From a virus: a stretch of DNA of 64,000 bases. The notes under the pieces are model-generated. The model had not been told where the DNA came from and ran no database searches. It saw nothing but the letters and a program-made list of their open reading frames with translations. The stretch covers positions 45,723-109,722 of the IMG/VR virus record IMGVR_UViG_3300042731_011319. One strand, 5' to 3'. Made by a program: the position numbers and the translations under genes. Below are positions 1 through 8,930 of the stretch, piece after piece; the stretch's first letter is position 1; every line of letters begins with the position of its first letter.

Positions 1-1588
1 TTTTTAATAAAGAAAGAAAAAATTGCTGAGGATGATTGAATTTAAGGTATGTGGTCCATGCAGATAATGTAGAGTAAGCAATAGAGTGAGACTTATTGAA
101 CGAATAATTAGCACTATCTTCAGCAACCCGCCATAAAATATCAGCAGATTCAATGGGCAAGTTATTCTCGATGACTTGCTTTTCTATTTTAGCTTTCCAA
201 GCCGGCATTTGATCTACTTTTTTCTTTCCGACAATTCTTCTTAATTGTTCGGCTTCATCTAAAGTAAAGCCAACCTGAACTGCCATCTTCATTAATTGCT
301 CTTGATACAAGGGGATTCCTCCTGTGTACGAAAGAACATCATCATATAATTCGTGCTGACTTTGAAATTCACCAGTCCTAACATAATCCGCATATTGGTC
401 AGCGAAATCTAATGCTCCTGGCCTGGCAATAGCTACTACCGCACTAAGTTGCTCTAAATTTTGAGGTTTAATTTTTTTGCAAACACTAAAATTTGTATGA
501 GCTTCAATCTGGAATAAACCATGTGCGTGATCAAGTTCTTGAAAGGGTAGGTAAGTTTTTTCGTCGTCAAGAGGTATAGACATGGGGTCAAAGTTCAAAG
601 CTTTACATGCATCATGTATGACACTTAAGGTTCTTAAACCTAATATGTCAAACTTGACCATTAGTTCGGCTACCCAATTCATGTCATATGCAGTTACTAA
701 AGCACCTTCATTAGTAGCTTGGAGCGGACAAATAGAGGAAATTTTATCGTGAGATATTGCTATGCCAGAAGGATGGACACCGCTATTCTTATTTAGGCCT
801 TCAATTTTTTGAGCTATATCAAAAGACTCTTTATTAGATTCCGCCCAATCCTTGAATTTATCACTGTCTTCAATTGCATCATTAAGACTCGCGACCTTAC
901 CAAAATTCTTGGGGATAAGTGCTGTAATAGCATTGATGTCAGTTTCGCTATAACCTCCAACAATTTTACCGCACTCGCGGATACATAACTTACTACTTAA
1001 TGTATTTAAAGTTAATATCTTGGCAGTTCTTCCGGGGTATTTATCTTCAATGTAATTGATGACTTTGTAACGATGTTCGTAAGAAATATCATTATCAACA
1101 TCAGCTAAAAGACTTCCATCCAAATATGTAATCCCATCTTTTTCTGTTTTTTTAGCCCTGCTCTTACTTACAAACCTCTCAAAAAATAAATCATATTTGA
1201 TGGGGTCAATCTTCGTCACATCAATCAAGTATAACACTAATGAGCCAGCTGCACTCCCTCGACCTGGCCCAGTAGGAATATTGTTTTGATGGCAGAAGTT
1301 TAATATGTCCCAGTTTAATAAAATATAATCAATAAAACCAAGCTCTTTTAATATACTAAGCTCTTCTTTAGCTCTATCATAGTATTCCTGTTTATTGCTT
1401 TGTTGGTCAATTCCTTTGTCTTTAACCCCTTTCAAGCAAAGTTCTCGCAGAAAGTCATAATTAGAAATGTCGGGAGACTTGCCTATAGACTTGTATTGCT
1501 CTGGGCTAATTTCAATTTTTGGTAACTGAACACCGGGAGGTATACAATCTTCATAAGCAACAAATTCATCTGTAAAGTTGGCTGTCAT
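1..1588 (-). CDS. dnaE: DNA polymerase III alpha catalytic core lacking the N-terminal PHP domain (3' end beyond window)
   Basis: Not in ORF track. Manual translation from ATG at 1588 (overlaps upstream TAA): MTANFTDEF...ELGFIDYILLNWDI...GPGRGSAAGSLVLYLIDVTKIDPIKYDLFFERF...LADVDNDI...YSFNKSHSIAY. These are C-family polymerase motifs. Confidence 0.95.
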   Translation of the reverse strand, partial: MTANFTDEFVAYEDCIPPGVQLPKIEISPEQYKSIGKSPDISNYDFLRELCLKGVKDKGIDQQSNKQEYYDRAKEELSILKELGFIDYILLNWDILNFCHQNNIPTGPGRGSAAGSLVLYLIDVTKIDPIKYDLFFERFVSKSRAKKTEKDGITYLDGSLLADVDNDISYEHRYKVINYIEDKYPGRTAKILTLNTLSSKLCIRECGKIVGGYSETDINAITALIPKNFGKVASLNDAIEDSDKFKDWAESNKESFDIAQKIEGLNKNSGVHPSGIAISHDKISSICPLQATNEGALVTAYDMNWVAELMVKFDILGLRTLSVIHDACKALNFDPMSIPLDDEKTYLPFQELDHAHGLFQIEAHTNFSVCKKIKPQNLEQLSAVVAIARPGALDFADQYADYVRTGEFQSQHELYDDVLSYTGGIPLYQEQLMKMAVQVGFTLDEAEQLRRIVGKKKVDQMPAWKAKIEKQVIENNLPIESADILWRVAEDSANYSFNKSHSIAYSTLSAWTTYLKFNHPQQFFLSLLK

Positions 1589-1812
1589 TAGTTCATGATG
1601 GAATCATTTCTGCATTCTTCTAAAGCCTTATGATGAATAGATAATGATTCTATTTGATTAGATATTTTATTATATTCAATTGGATTGTTTTCCCAGTACT
1701 CAAGCGACTCAGAAAAAATTCTTGAGTATAAGTCTTCGGCTTCAAACAATAACCCCGATAGCTCTGATTGATACAAGTCAAGTTGCATGTTTATTTCGTC
1801 TTTTAATCTCAT
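1588..1812 (-). CDS. small acidic helical hypothetical protein between dnaQ and dnaE
   Basis: 74-aa ORF overlapping both neighbours (ATGA and TAATG overlaps). Confidence 0.6.
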   Translation of the reverse strand: MRLKDEINMQLDLYQSELSGLLFEAEDLYSRIFSESLEYWENNPIEYNKISNQIESLSIHHKALEECRNDSIMN

Positions 1813-2450
1813 ATTTTAATATTCCAAATCATTTTTTTAAATACTTCATAGTTTTTTTGTATGTCATAAAGTGCATCATGTAACTTAGCAGGGTCGAATT
1901 CAACATCATAGGTTTTACAGCATGCTCCTAAGTTTAATCGCATTCCTCTTTCGTATATAGAGTTTAATTTAAACTGCCAAGATAATAGATCTAGCTCCTT
2001 GTCATACTCAATATTTTTATGAATAGCTTTAGCAATAGAGAGAGTATCAATAGATTGCTTTAAATAAGAATAATCAGTTGGTCTGCCTAAGAGCTTTCTG
2101 AAAATGTTGTGAATATAAATGTCAAAACCTAATATATTGTGCCCCAAATTAATATACTCATCATTATATAAATATTTTTCAAAATGATCAAGAACTTTTT
2201 CGGCGGGTTGAGCTAGTTTTTTATATTTAGCATCTTTAAACCCTGTCACCTTACGAGCACCATCTGACATGCGAAGGTCTTCCCAATAAATATGATAGTC
2301 ATTTGACTCAATTAATTTTTCACCTTCATAAACTAAGAAAGCAAGTTGCCATGGCTTATTGTGCTCAGAAACTAAGTTTAAATTACATGTTTCAAAATCA
2401 AAAACAATATATTTTTGCTTCTTTTTAAATCGTAATAAGTCTTCAATCAT
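1809..2450 (-). CDS. dnaQ: DEDDh 3'-5' exonuclease, Pol III epsilon-like
   Basis: ExoI VFDFET, ExoII GHNILGFD, ExoIII LHDALYD. Confidence 0.88.
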   Translation of the reverse strand: MIEDLLRFKKKQKYIVFDFETCNLNLVSEHNKPWQLAFLVYEGEKLIESNDYHIYWEDLRMSDGARKVTGFKDAKYKKLAQPAEKVLDHFEKYLYNDEYINLGHNILGFDIYIHNIFRKLLGRPTDYSYLKQSIDTLSIAKAIHKNIEYDKELDLLSWQFKLNSIYERGMRLNLGACCKTYDVEFDPAKLHDALYDIQKNYEVFKKMIWNIKI

Positions 2451-3235
2451 ACCGTAGTTAAATTATTTTTTTCAAGATAGCTTTCCCAACAAAACTCATC
2501 ACTCCCTAGATGATCGAAATTGGGTTTCTCGAGAGAAAGATCGCGACCAGCAAAAGAACTCCGCCCGCATATTAATTTATAAGTTAAATAGGCGGAAAAA
2601 TCTTGCTTGTTTTTATAGAAAATTGATTGAGTCGACTCGGTTTGGAAACCATGAGAGTCGCAGTATTTAATTACAGCATCCTGGGTCATTGCATCAAATG
2701 GCAGGCTATTACTTTCGATAAAAAAAGTAGGTGCGGTAAAAGTAAAATGAGCAAAACAAGACTGAAATGTAGTTAAATTTTTAAAAATAAAGGAATCATA
2801 AAAAGGGATACATAGCTTTAGGCAATCTTCATCCCAGAACGATTGAAGAAAATTAAAGTCCATCCATCCATTATGTTTTGTTTTACATTCAGTATAAATT
2901 TTGTTTAATAATTTACAGCCGTCTGAGTTTTTAGGAAATAATATAACTTTATGGCTGCATTTTATATCTTTTGGATCGATAGATTTTGATAAATCATCGC
3001 ACATGTCTAACCTTAAGCCAAAAATGAGTTGCTTGTTTAAATCAAAGCATACTTTGCGGGCTTGCAGGAATCCCATGAAACTGTCTTCAACCAGAATAAT
3101 TCTATCAAGAGAATAATCTTCCGCAATATCAAATATAGAATCAGGATTTTTAGTATTAGGATCTATCGCAGGAGAATCTAAAGTTAAAATAGATTTTCCT
3201 ATAGAAAAATGACTTTTAAATAATGGTAAGATCAC
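2447..3235 (-). CDS. stand-alone PHP domain of Pol III alpha (degenerate metal ligands)
   Basis: FKSHFSIGKSIL, LVEDSFMGF, LIFGLRL and ILFPKNSDGCKLLNKI resemble the DnaE PHP N-terminus; lies next to a PHP-less dnaE. Confidence 0.8.
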   Translation of the reverse strand: MILPLFKSHFSIGKSILTLDSPAIDPNTKNPDSIFDIAEDYSLDRIILVEDSFMGFLQARKVCFDLNKQLIFGLRLDMCDDLSKSIDPKDIKCSHKVILFPKNSDGCKLLNKIYTECKTKHNGWMDFNFLQSFWDEDCLKLCIPFYDSFIFKNLTTFQSCFAHFTFTAPTFFIESNSLPFDAMTQDAVIKYCDSHGFQTESTQSIFYKNKQDFSAYLTYKLICGRSSFAGRDLSLEKPNFDHLGSDEFCWESYLEKNNLTTV

Positions 3236-3241
3236 CCATAC

Positions 3242-3270
3242 AGGGTAACACTAAAGAGTAAAAAAGTCAA
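3242..3270 (-). promoter_or_regulatory. sigma70-type promoter, leaderless geometry, for the PHP-dnaQ-dnaE unit
   Basis: TTGACT-N17-(tgt)TACCCT-N6-GTG(3235). Confidence 0.7.
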
Positions 3271-4082
3271 GTATTAATTGCAGATCCGTAAATTTTAGGC
3301 CAACAATTAATGGGTATACTAATCCGAGATTCAGAAAGAGGTCGCTGTCCAGAGTTTGAATTACAATTTAAATGTAGATAATTACCGGGAAATAAGATGA
3401 CCGAACCTGGCAACGAATCAATAGAAATAAATCGATCACTCTTATAGTCTAAAATTTTAGAGCTAACATAATCAAAGGATGAGTCTATAAAAGAGGGTTT
3501 GAGTACCCAACTATAACGAAGTTCGTCGAACTCGGGATCTTTTTCGATTGTAAAATAATCATTCAAATCATCGATAGTCGTACCATCAAGAATGTGAAGT
3601 TTGGAATTTGTTTGGGAAGTCTTGTTGAAAGGCAAACTTACAATACTGTATTTTGGGAAGTCTTGATTCAAGATAGAATCAAATAATTCAATAGATTCAT
3701 CTCGATCAATATGAGGAGCTCTTGAGCTTCTGCTAGCCCATGTTTCATAGCATTGAATATTAGATATATCTAATAGATTCAAAGAAATCAAAGAGTTAAT
3801 AATGTGCTCGGTATATCTTTTGCGAAGTTCTGACTGAGCTTCGTTTAGCTCGCCAAACTTTTGAGAATATTCAATTAATTTTTGATTACTAGAGGCGATA
3901 GAGTTGAAATTCTTATCAAACACATGAGTGTAGCGAAAAATGTTGTCTGAATTTATTGGATCGTTTACTGAGCTGCCAGAGAAAATACATTGCTCGATTA
4001 AATTACCGCCATAAGAATCAAATAAATCTTGGATGATGCCGCTTATAATATATATACCTGAACCTAATTCTTGTACCTTCAT
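3267..4082 (-). CDS. putative 2OG-Fe(II) oxygenase
   Basis: HxD (PHIDRD), distal His in PGSVILFPGNYLH, followed by RISI. Confidence 0.55.
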   Translation of the reverse strand: MKVQELGSGIYIISGIIQDLFDSYGGNLIEQCIFSGSSVNDPINSDNIFRYTHVFDKNFNSIASSNQKLIEYSQKFGELNEAQSELRKRYTEHIINSLISLNLLDISNIQCYETWASRSSRAPHIDRDESIELFDSILNQDFPKYSIVSLPFNKTSQTNSKLHILDGTTIDDLNDYFTIEKDPEFDELRYSWVLKPSFIDSSFDYVSSKILDYKSDRFISIDSLPGSVILFPGNYLHLNCNSNSGQRPLSESRISIPINCWPKIYGSAINT

Positions 4083-4084
4083 AA

Positions 4085-4675
4085 TTAAAAAGTAATAAAT
4101 GAAACTAAAATATATCTAGTGCCTGATGTAACTGGTCTAGATCCGTGTTGATATTTACGATTGCCGGGATGCATTAAAAGATCTCCTTTATTGGGTTGAA
4201 TTAATTTTCCATGAAATTTTTGATCTCCTACAAAAAAAGTGCCTCCTCCTTCAAAGTTGTCAGACAATAAAATATTAATAGTATACATAACATGATCACC
4301 GTCAGTATGCAGCTTGAGGTGGCCTTGTGTTTCAGGTGTATATTTAGCAATAAAACTATGATCCGAAAAAGTTTCTTTGCAAACAACTCCAGGGACGAAA
4401 GATAGGCAGTATAAAGCCATGGGGTGAATATACTTTCTTAAAAATTCTGTGTATTCTTCGTACAAGTCTAAAGATACATCCTTAAGTAAAATATCAGTAG
4501 TTGGTGCAGTTTGATGGCGATCTGTTAAAAATCTAGATTCATCTAAGCATTGAATAAGATGATCGCATGTATTTCCAGAAAAACAAGGTATTTGAAAAAT
4601 TCCAGGATGAACTTCATCAACCATTAATTCCCATTCTTGGCTCAACAAATGAGGCGATATATTTAGAGAATTCAT
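4085..4675 (-). CDS. 2OG-Fe(II) oxygenase, PLOD/lysyl-hydroxylase-like catalytic domain
   Basis: KYTPETQGHLKLHTD...TINILL...FEGGGTFF...LLMHPG...QHGSRPVTSGTRYILVSF. Confidence 0.85.
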   Translation of the reverse strand: MNSLNISPHLLSQEWELMVDEVHPGIFQIPCFSGNTCDHLIQCLDESRFLTDRHQTAPTTDILLKDVSLDLYEEYTEFLRKYIHPMALYCLSFVPGVVCKETFSDHSFIAKYTPETQGHLKLHTDGDHVMYTINILLSDNFEGGGTFFVGDQKFHGKLIQPNKGDLLMHPGNRKYQHGSRPVTSGTRYILVSFITF

Positions 4676-4680
4676 TAAAT

Positions 4681-6372
4681 TTAAAATGAATCGAGGATGT
4701 CTAGGCTGCCATCAGGTGGTGTTAGCCGATAGCCGCCATGAATCCAAAGCTCGATGCCATGATCGGGCATACTGGTGCCTATCGGATACCTCAAAGGAAT
4801 ATCATGAGTAATATCTAAATGATTTGTACTGCCATCGTCTTTATAAAGACTATCAAACCAATCCCTCGGATGAGTTCCTATATCAACGCCCTCAAAAAAA
4901 TATACCGACCACTCATAAAAAGCGCATGGATTATCTAATTTTCCGCCATATCCATTCGATCTAACCCATGTTCTATTTAGTTTTCTAATATGTCCGTGAG
5001 GTAAAATGATAGCCATCGAATAGTATCCATTACCCAAGAGGGTGCCGGTATCACCAGCATTAAATGTGGTGGTGTAATTCGGCCATTTTGAGGTATAGCT
5101 AACCAAAGGCCAAGTTTGATGCAGAAGATGAGCATACATGGGTCCATGGCTACTACCACAACCGCCTTCGAGAAAAACCAATCGCTGTTGATTGCCATAT
5201 GGGTTGCCAGTCTTCCATTCGACATTGAGTTTTATTTCTTCGCACCCACCTCCAGATTTAAGAGCTTGAAACCATATATAAGAACCCTCCTTGCCAACCG
5301 TGTCCGCGTAGTTCTGTCCTTCAATTAAAAAATCAGTATAATCACTGCCTGCACCATTGCTATTACCATGAGCTATCAATTGCCAACTAGGATAACCTGT
5401 GAGAGCCGGCGGGTTTGGTTTTGCGGAATAAACAATTTTAATATACTTGCCTTGCCAGCTTACGCGACCATAACCATCTACCCAAAATCCATAAGTAAAA
5501 GCATCGTATCGACCATTGGTATTCTGGCCATCTTCTAACATAATATTAAAGCCAGCTTTACTCAATTGAACATCAAACTGTATATTACTGGTTTGTATAA
5601 CCGCAACGCCTGAAACCTCTAGGCCTGTATCATAATCCAATACTTCAACTCGATGTGCATTTCTACCATCAGCGAAAGCGGAAACCCAAACCTCTACAAG
5701 CATGGATGTGGTGTTATGGCCATGATATACTGTCCATGCACTTCCTGGACTAACTGGGCCTACCCACCCAGTAGATTCAACAGAGCTGGTGGGCATTTCA
5801 ATGGCGCCCCAACTGCCGTCACCTTTAAGATATGCATTTTCGCTTCCAGCTGAAGGGGCTGGCACAAGACCAGATGTTCCAGCCGTACTTGAGCTTGCGC
5901 CACTAAAAGCAGGTGTGACGGGCAAAGGCCTCCATGTGCCGTCAGCATTTAACCATTCTTTTGCGGCCACCTCTGTAGCTGTTGGTCCGGGCACTAATCC
6001 AGTATGGCCACTACCAAAAGTTCGATGAGATCGCCAAGCAGGGTTGCCTGAGGCATCAGTCATCCATACTGCATGGGCATTGCTGCCCCCTGCAGATACA
6101 ACTCCGGCAGCGGTTTTACTATTTGCAAAATAACTAATCGGCCTCCAATTTCCATCAGCAACAAGTATTTCAGTAGAGACAATTTCAGCTTCAGTTGGGC
6201 CGGGCACTAAACCTTTAACATCTTTGGAAAATACTTGTTGTAGTTGCATCAGCTCGTGAACTGATATTTTATAAGTGATCGCACTATCAAAATCAGCAAT
6301 AGCTAAAAGATCTTCATCTTTCAAAAAATTTGCGGGAGGAACAGATAGATCTCGAATAGTATTAAATGACAT
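4681..6372 (-). CDS. tail fibre / receptor-binding-like protein
   Basis: Repeated GLVP(G/A)P...L.(A/G)DG.W units typical of phage fibre shafts, with a distinct C-terminal domain. Confidence 0.65.
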   Translation of the reverse strand: MSFNTIRDLSVPPANFLKDEDLLAIADFDSAITYKISVHELMQLQQVFSKDVKGLVPGPTEAEIVSTEILVADGNWRPISYFANSKTAAGVVSAGGSNAHAVWMTDASGNPAWRSHRTFGSGHTGLVPGPTATEVAAKEWLNADGTWRPLPVTPAFSGASSSTAGTSGLVPAPSAGSENAYLKGDGSWGAIEMPTSSVESTGWVGPVSPGSAWTVYHGHNTTSMLVEVWVSAFADGRNAHRVEVLDYDTGLEVSGVAVIQTSNIQFDVQLSKAGFNIMLEDGQNTNGRYDAFTYGFWVDGYGRVSWQGKYIKIVYSAKPNPPALTGYPSWQLIAHGNSNGAGSDYTDFLIEGQNYADTVGKEGSYIWFQALKSGGGCEEIKLNVEWKTGNPYGNQQRLVFLEGGCGSSHGPMYAHLLHQTWPLVSYTSKWPNYTTTFNAGDTGTLLGNGYYSMAIILPHGHIRKLNRTWVRSNGYGGKLDNPCAFYEWSVYFFEGVDIGTHPRDWFDSLYKDDGSTNHLDITHDIPLRYPIGTSMPDHGIELWIHGGYRLTPPDGSLDILDSF

Positions 6373-6384
6373 AGCAAATATATA

Positions 6385-6389
6385 TACAC
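6385..6389 (-). promoter_or_regulatory. GTGTA upstream motif (one of 11 copies)
   Basis: AGTGTA then 12 nt to ATG 6372. Confidence 0.65.
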
Positions 6390-6395
6390 TAAAAA

Positions 6396-7559
6396 CTATC
6401 TACGGGCACGGTCAATGAAGTGATCTGCTAGCCCACCTTCATTTAAATATTCCTCTAAATCATCAAGCAATTTATTCCGTATTTCTTTTACATCAGCAGG
6501 CAAGTCTTCTTTCTTGTATTTAGCGAAAGTCATAGTAGATGCTATTAATAATAAAATAGCCAGCGGATCAAAAACAAATATCAAAGTAATAATAACGATT
6601 CTGATGGCTTGATTAGTGTCAATGCTGACACCCCCCCATTCATTTAATAGATTCGCAATATATAATATCGGACCAATCTCGACTTCCAGGGCCCTAAGCT
6701 TGGACCCATATTCAAATTTTTCAGATTCGAGCAAGGTGATACGATGATATGCATCCTCTATCTCTGAACGAGAGGGATGATCAAAGGCGTCAATAGTTGA
6801 ATCTTGAGGTGAAAAAGATAAAATGGAGTCAATTTTTGCTCGAATTTGTGATATGTCAGTATCAATATCACTAGATATTTTTTGAATTTTATTTTCGGCG
6901 GCTAATTTACTATCAGAAATAGATTTTCGTTCAAGTTCTTGGTTCGAGATTAATTCTTTGTATCGGCTTTGATTGCCAAAAAGACCGCTAGGCTTGGTGT
7001 CGGATAGTTGTTTGTCAAGTTCAGTTAATCTAATATTTAATTTATCAATAATATCATTTTGTATTTTAATTGAATTATTTTTTTCTTGCTTTAAATCTTT
7101 TACTCTGTTTTGTAATGTTGTTATTATACTGTCTGAATTATCTTTTTGATGGTTTTTATTATTATTAAATAATTCAAGTTGTTCTTTTTTTCTGGTGATG
7201 AAGTTTTGTTCTCGAATGATTTTCTGATCAATTTGATGGATGATGGCTTGTTCTTTTTCTATAGAAGCATGATGCTCAACATGAGAGCGGGATAAGAATC
7301 CAAAGATGCCCATGCTAGTAATCAGACTAAGCACTACAACCGAGAATAATAAATATCTTTTCAGAAACTTAAATGAATCATTCCAGTTATGGTGCAGCCA
7401 GACTGAAGCAACTAGTTTGCCCACTTCAAGCACTCCGCCCATTATGATAATAGCATCCCTTGAGCCAGGGAACATAGTAGCTAAACCAATTACACTAAAG
7501 TATGCCGCAGTTAACGAAATTGAAACAGCCGACAAAAAAGTTAATGCCGCAAAAAACAT
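6396..7559 (-). CDS. membrane protein with long coiled coil (large-phage conserved hypothetical)
   Basis: Three N-terminal TM segments (AAYFSVIGL, LEVGKLVA, ITSMGIFGFLS), coiled coil, C-terminal TM VFDPLAILLLIA. Confidence 0.7.
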   Translation of the reverse strand: MFFAALTFLSAVSISLTAAYFSVIGLATMFPGSRDAIIIMGGVLEVGKLVASVWLHHNWNDSFKFLKRYLLFSVVVLSLITSMGIFGFLSRSHVEHHASIEKEQAIIHQIDQKIIREQNFITRKKEQLELFNNNKNHQKDNSDSIITTLQNRVKDLKQEKNNSIKIQNDIIDKLNIRLTELDKQLSDTKPSGLFGNQSRYKELISNQELERKSISDSKLAAENKIQKISSDIDTDISQIRAKIDSILSFSPQDSTIDAFDHPSRSEIEDAYHRITLLESEKFEYGSKLRALEVEIGPILYIANLLNEWGGVSIDTNQAIRIVIITLIFVFDPLAILLLIASTMTFAKYKKEDLPADVKEIRNKLLDDLEEYLNEGGLADHFIDRARR

Positions 7560-7826
7560 TTAAATCTCCCCTATCTGATCGTTGTTATTACAATCTATAA
7601 TATTTTTATTTAATAATTCGAAATGCACTAATGTAAAGTACTTTCCGCTTCGCTTATTGGATGAATATCCATAGCCATGATTTGATAAAAATTTTGTTAA
7701 CTCAGCGATATACTGATATTCAATATAAACTATGATTTTTAGAGGATATCCGCAATCAGATACTTCCTGAGAGAACAAGGAATCTTCGCAATACTCATGG
7801 CAAATTGCTTCTACTGAATGTGTCAT
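7560..7826 (-). CDS. hypothetical protein
   Basis: ORF track start at 7841 is the GTG of the GTGTA motif; ATG 7826 lies 10 nt downstream of it. Confidence 0.6.
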   Translation of the reverse strand: MTHSVEAICHEYCEDSLFSQEVSDCGYPLKIIVYIEYQYIAELTKFLSNHGYGYSSNKRSGKYFTLVHFELLNKNIIDCNNNDQIGEI

Positions 7827-7865
7827 TAAAATAATGTACACATATAAAATTATTTAGTTAATAAT

Positions 7866-8930
7866 TTATAAAAGGTCATCAATGTCTGTTTCAGGTTTAT
7901 TCCAGTAAGGGCATCCTTTATATTTTAATAACTCCATTGTTTCACCTTCTTCTTCTTTAAGAATAATGCTATCTTTGTCCTCTTCAAAATAGGATTTGAT
8001 AATCTTCCCGCTTGAATTTTTGACTGCATAATAATTCATAGGTTTGCGATATGGACAAATATATGCAACAATAGGATTTCCTTCTTTGTCTAGAACAGGA
8101 CTACCTCGAGACATCTTATATCCATCCTTGCCACACATCAATGGGCCGCCAAATGTTCCGTCTGCAGGATAACTCTGGGCTCCTGCGAAATTTGAAGTAG
8201 CATCTTCTTCGTCAAAATTATCAAGAAAAGACTGGATACTGGTAAGAAAATATTCAATGCCTTCCAGCTCTTCATCAGAAATTTCTGACATTTTAACACA
8301 ACCAGAAGCATGTAAATCAAATTTTAAAAACAGGAATTCAACTTGCCGCTTCTTAAAGTGAGGAAATAATTTACGAACAGCCAAAGTATAAATTAAATCC
8401 TGCAAATTATCGGTAATTTCTTTGCCTTTAAAAACAGACTTGCTACTTTTAAAATCGCGAATAACCGCTAAATCAGAATCTTTGTACAAAAATAATTTAT
8501 CAATAAAGCCACGAACCCTGTAGAGTTTATCAGCTTCATCCACTGTAATATTAAATTCTTGCTCAGAAATAGCTTCATCTGGCTCTCCTCTGGCACCGCC
8601 AAAAAAATCAAAATGTAGACCTGCTAGAGTCATGTCATTGATGAGCGTCAGGTTTTCTTGGTCATTGACATTCAGTTTTTTTGCGTGGTAATGAACAAGC
8701 CTTCTTATGGGTTCACATAGGAAAATTGAGTCCTTTAAAATGATCTCATCATAAATATCTCTATGCTTCGGGTCTCCTAGTAGCTCGAAAATTAAGTGGC
8801 AAATCCAACCCCGACTAGCTCCGTCATTACTGCGGTCAGGAACTTTTAAGTGATAGGTGGCCCAATAACTCCAAGAACAACTTTGAGCTTTTTTAATTCT
8901 GCTAGCAGATAGTGGTGTTAAGTCAATCAT
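7866..8930 (-). CDS. PD-(D/E)XK nuclease (RecB/AddB/Cas4-like exonuclease)
   Basis: LSASRI..C, RGFIDKL, IRDFKSSK, QDLIY, C-terminal CPY motifs. Confidence 0.85.
   Translation of the reverse strand: MIDLTPLSASRIKKAQSCSWSYWATYHLKVPDRSNDGASRGWICHLIFELLGDPKHRDIYDEIILKDSIFLCEPIRRLVHYHAKKLNVNDQENLTLINDMTLAGLHFDFFGGARGEPDEAISEQEFNITVDEADKLYRVRGFIDKLFLYKDSDLAVIRDFKSSKSVFKGKEITDNLQDLIYTLAVRKLFPHFKKRQVEFLFLKFDLHASGCVKMSEISDEELEGIEYFLTSIQSFLDNFDEEDATSNFAGAQSYPADGTFGGPLMCGKDGYKMSRGSPVLDKEGNPIVAYICPYRKPMNYYAVKNSSGKIIKSYFEEDKDSIILKEEEGETMELLKYKGCPYWNKPETDIDDLL

Noticed and set aside
3267-4675. TET/JBP DNA dioxygenase call
   Set aside because: Motifs fit PLOD/P4H-type oxygenases and no adjacent C5-methyltransferase is seen
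7866-8930. Cas4-like nuclease suggesting a CRISPR-Cas locus
   Set aside because: No repeat-spacer array or other cas genes; coupling to primase and helicase fits a replication exonuclease
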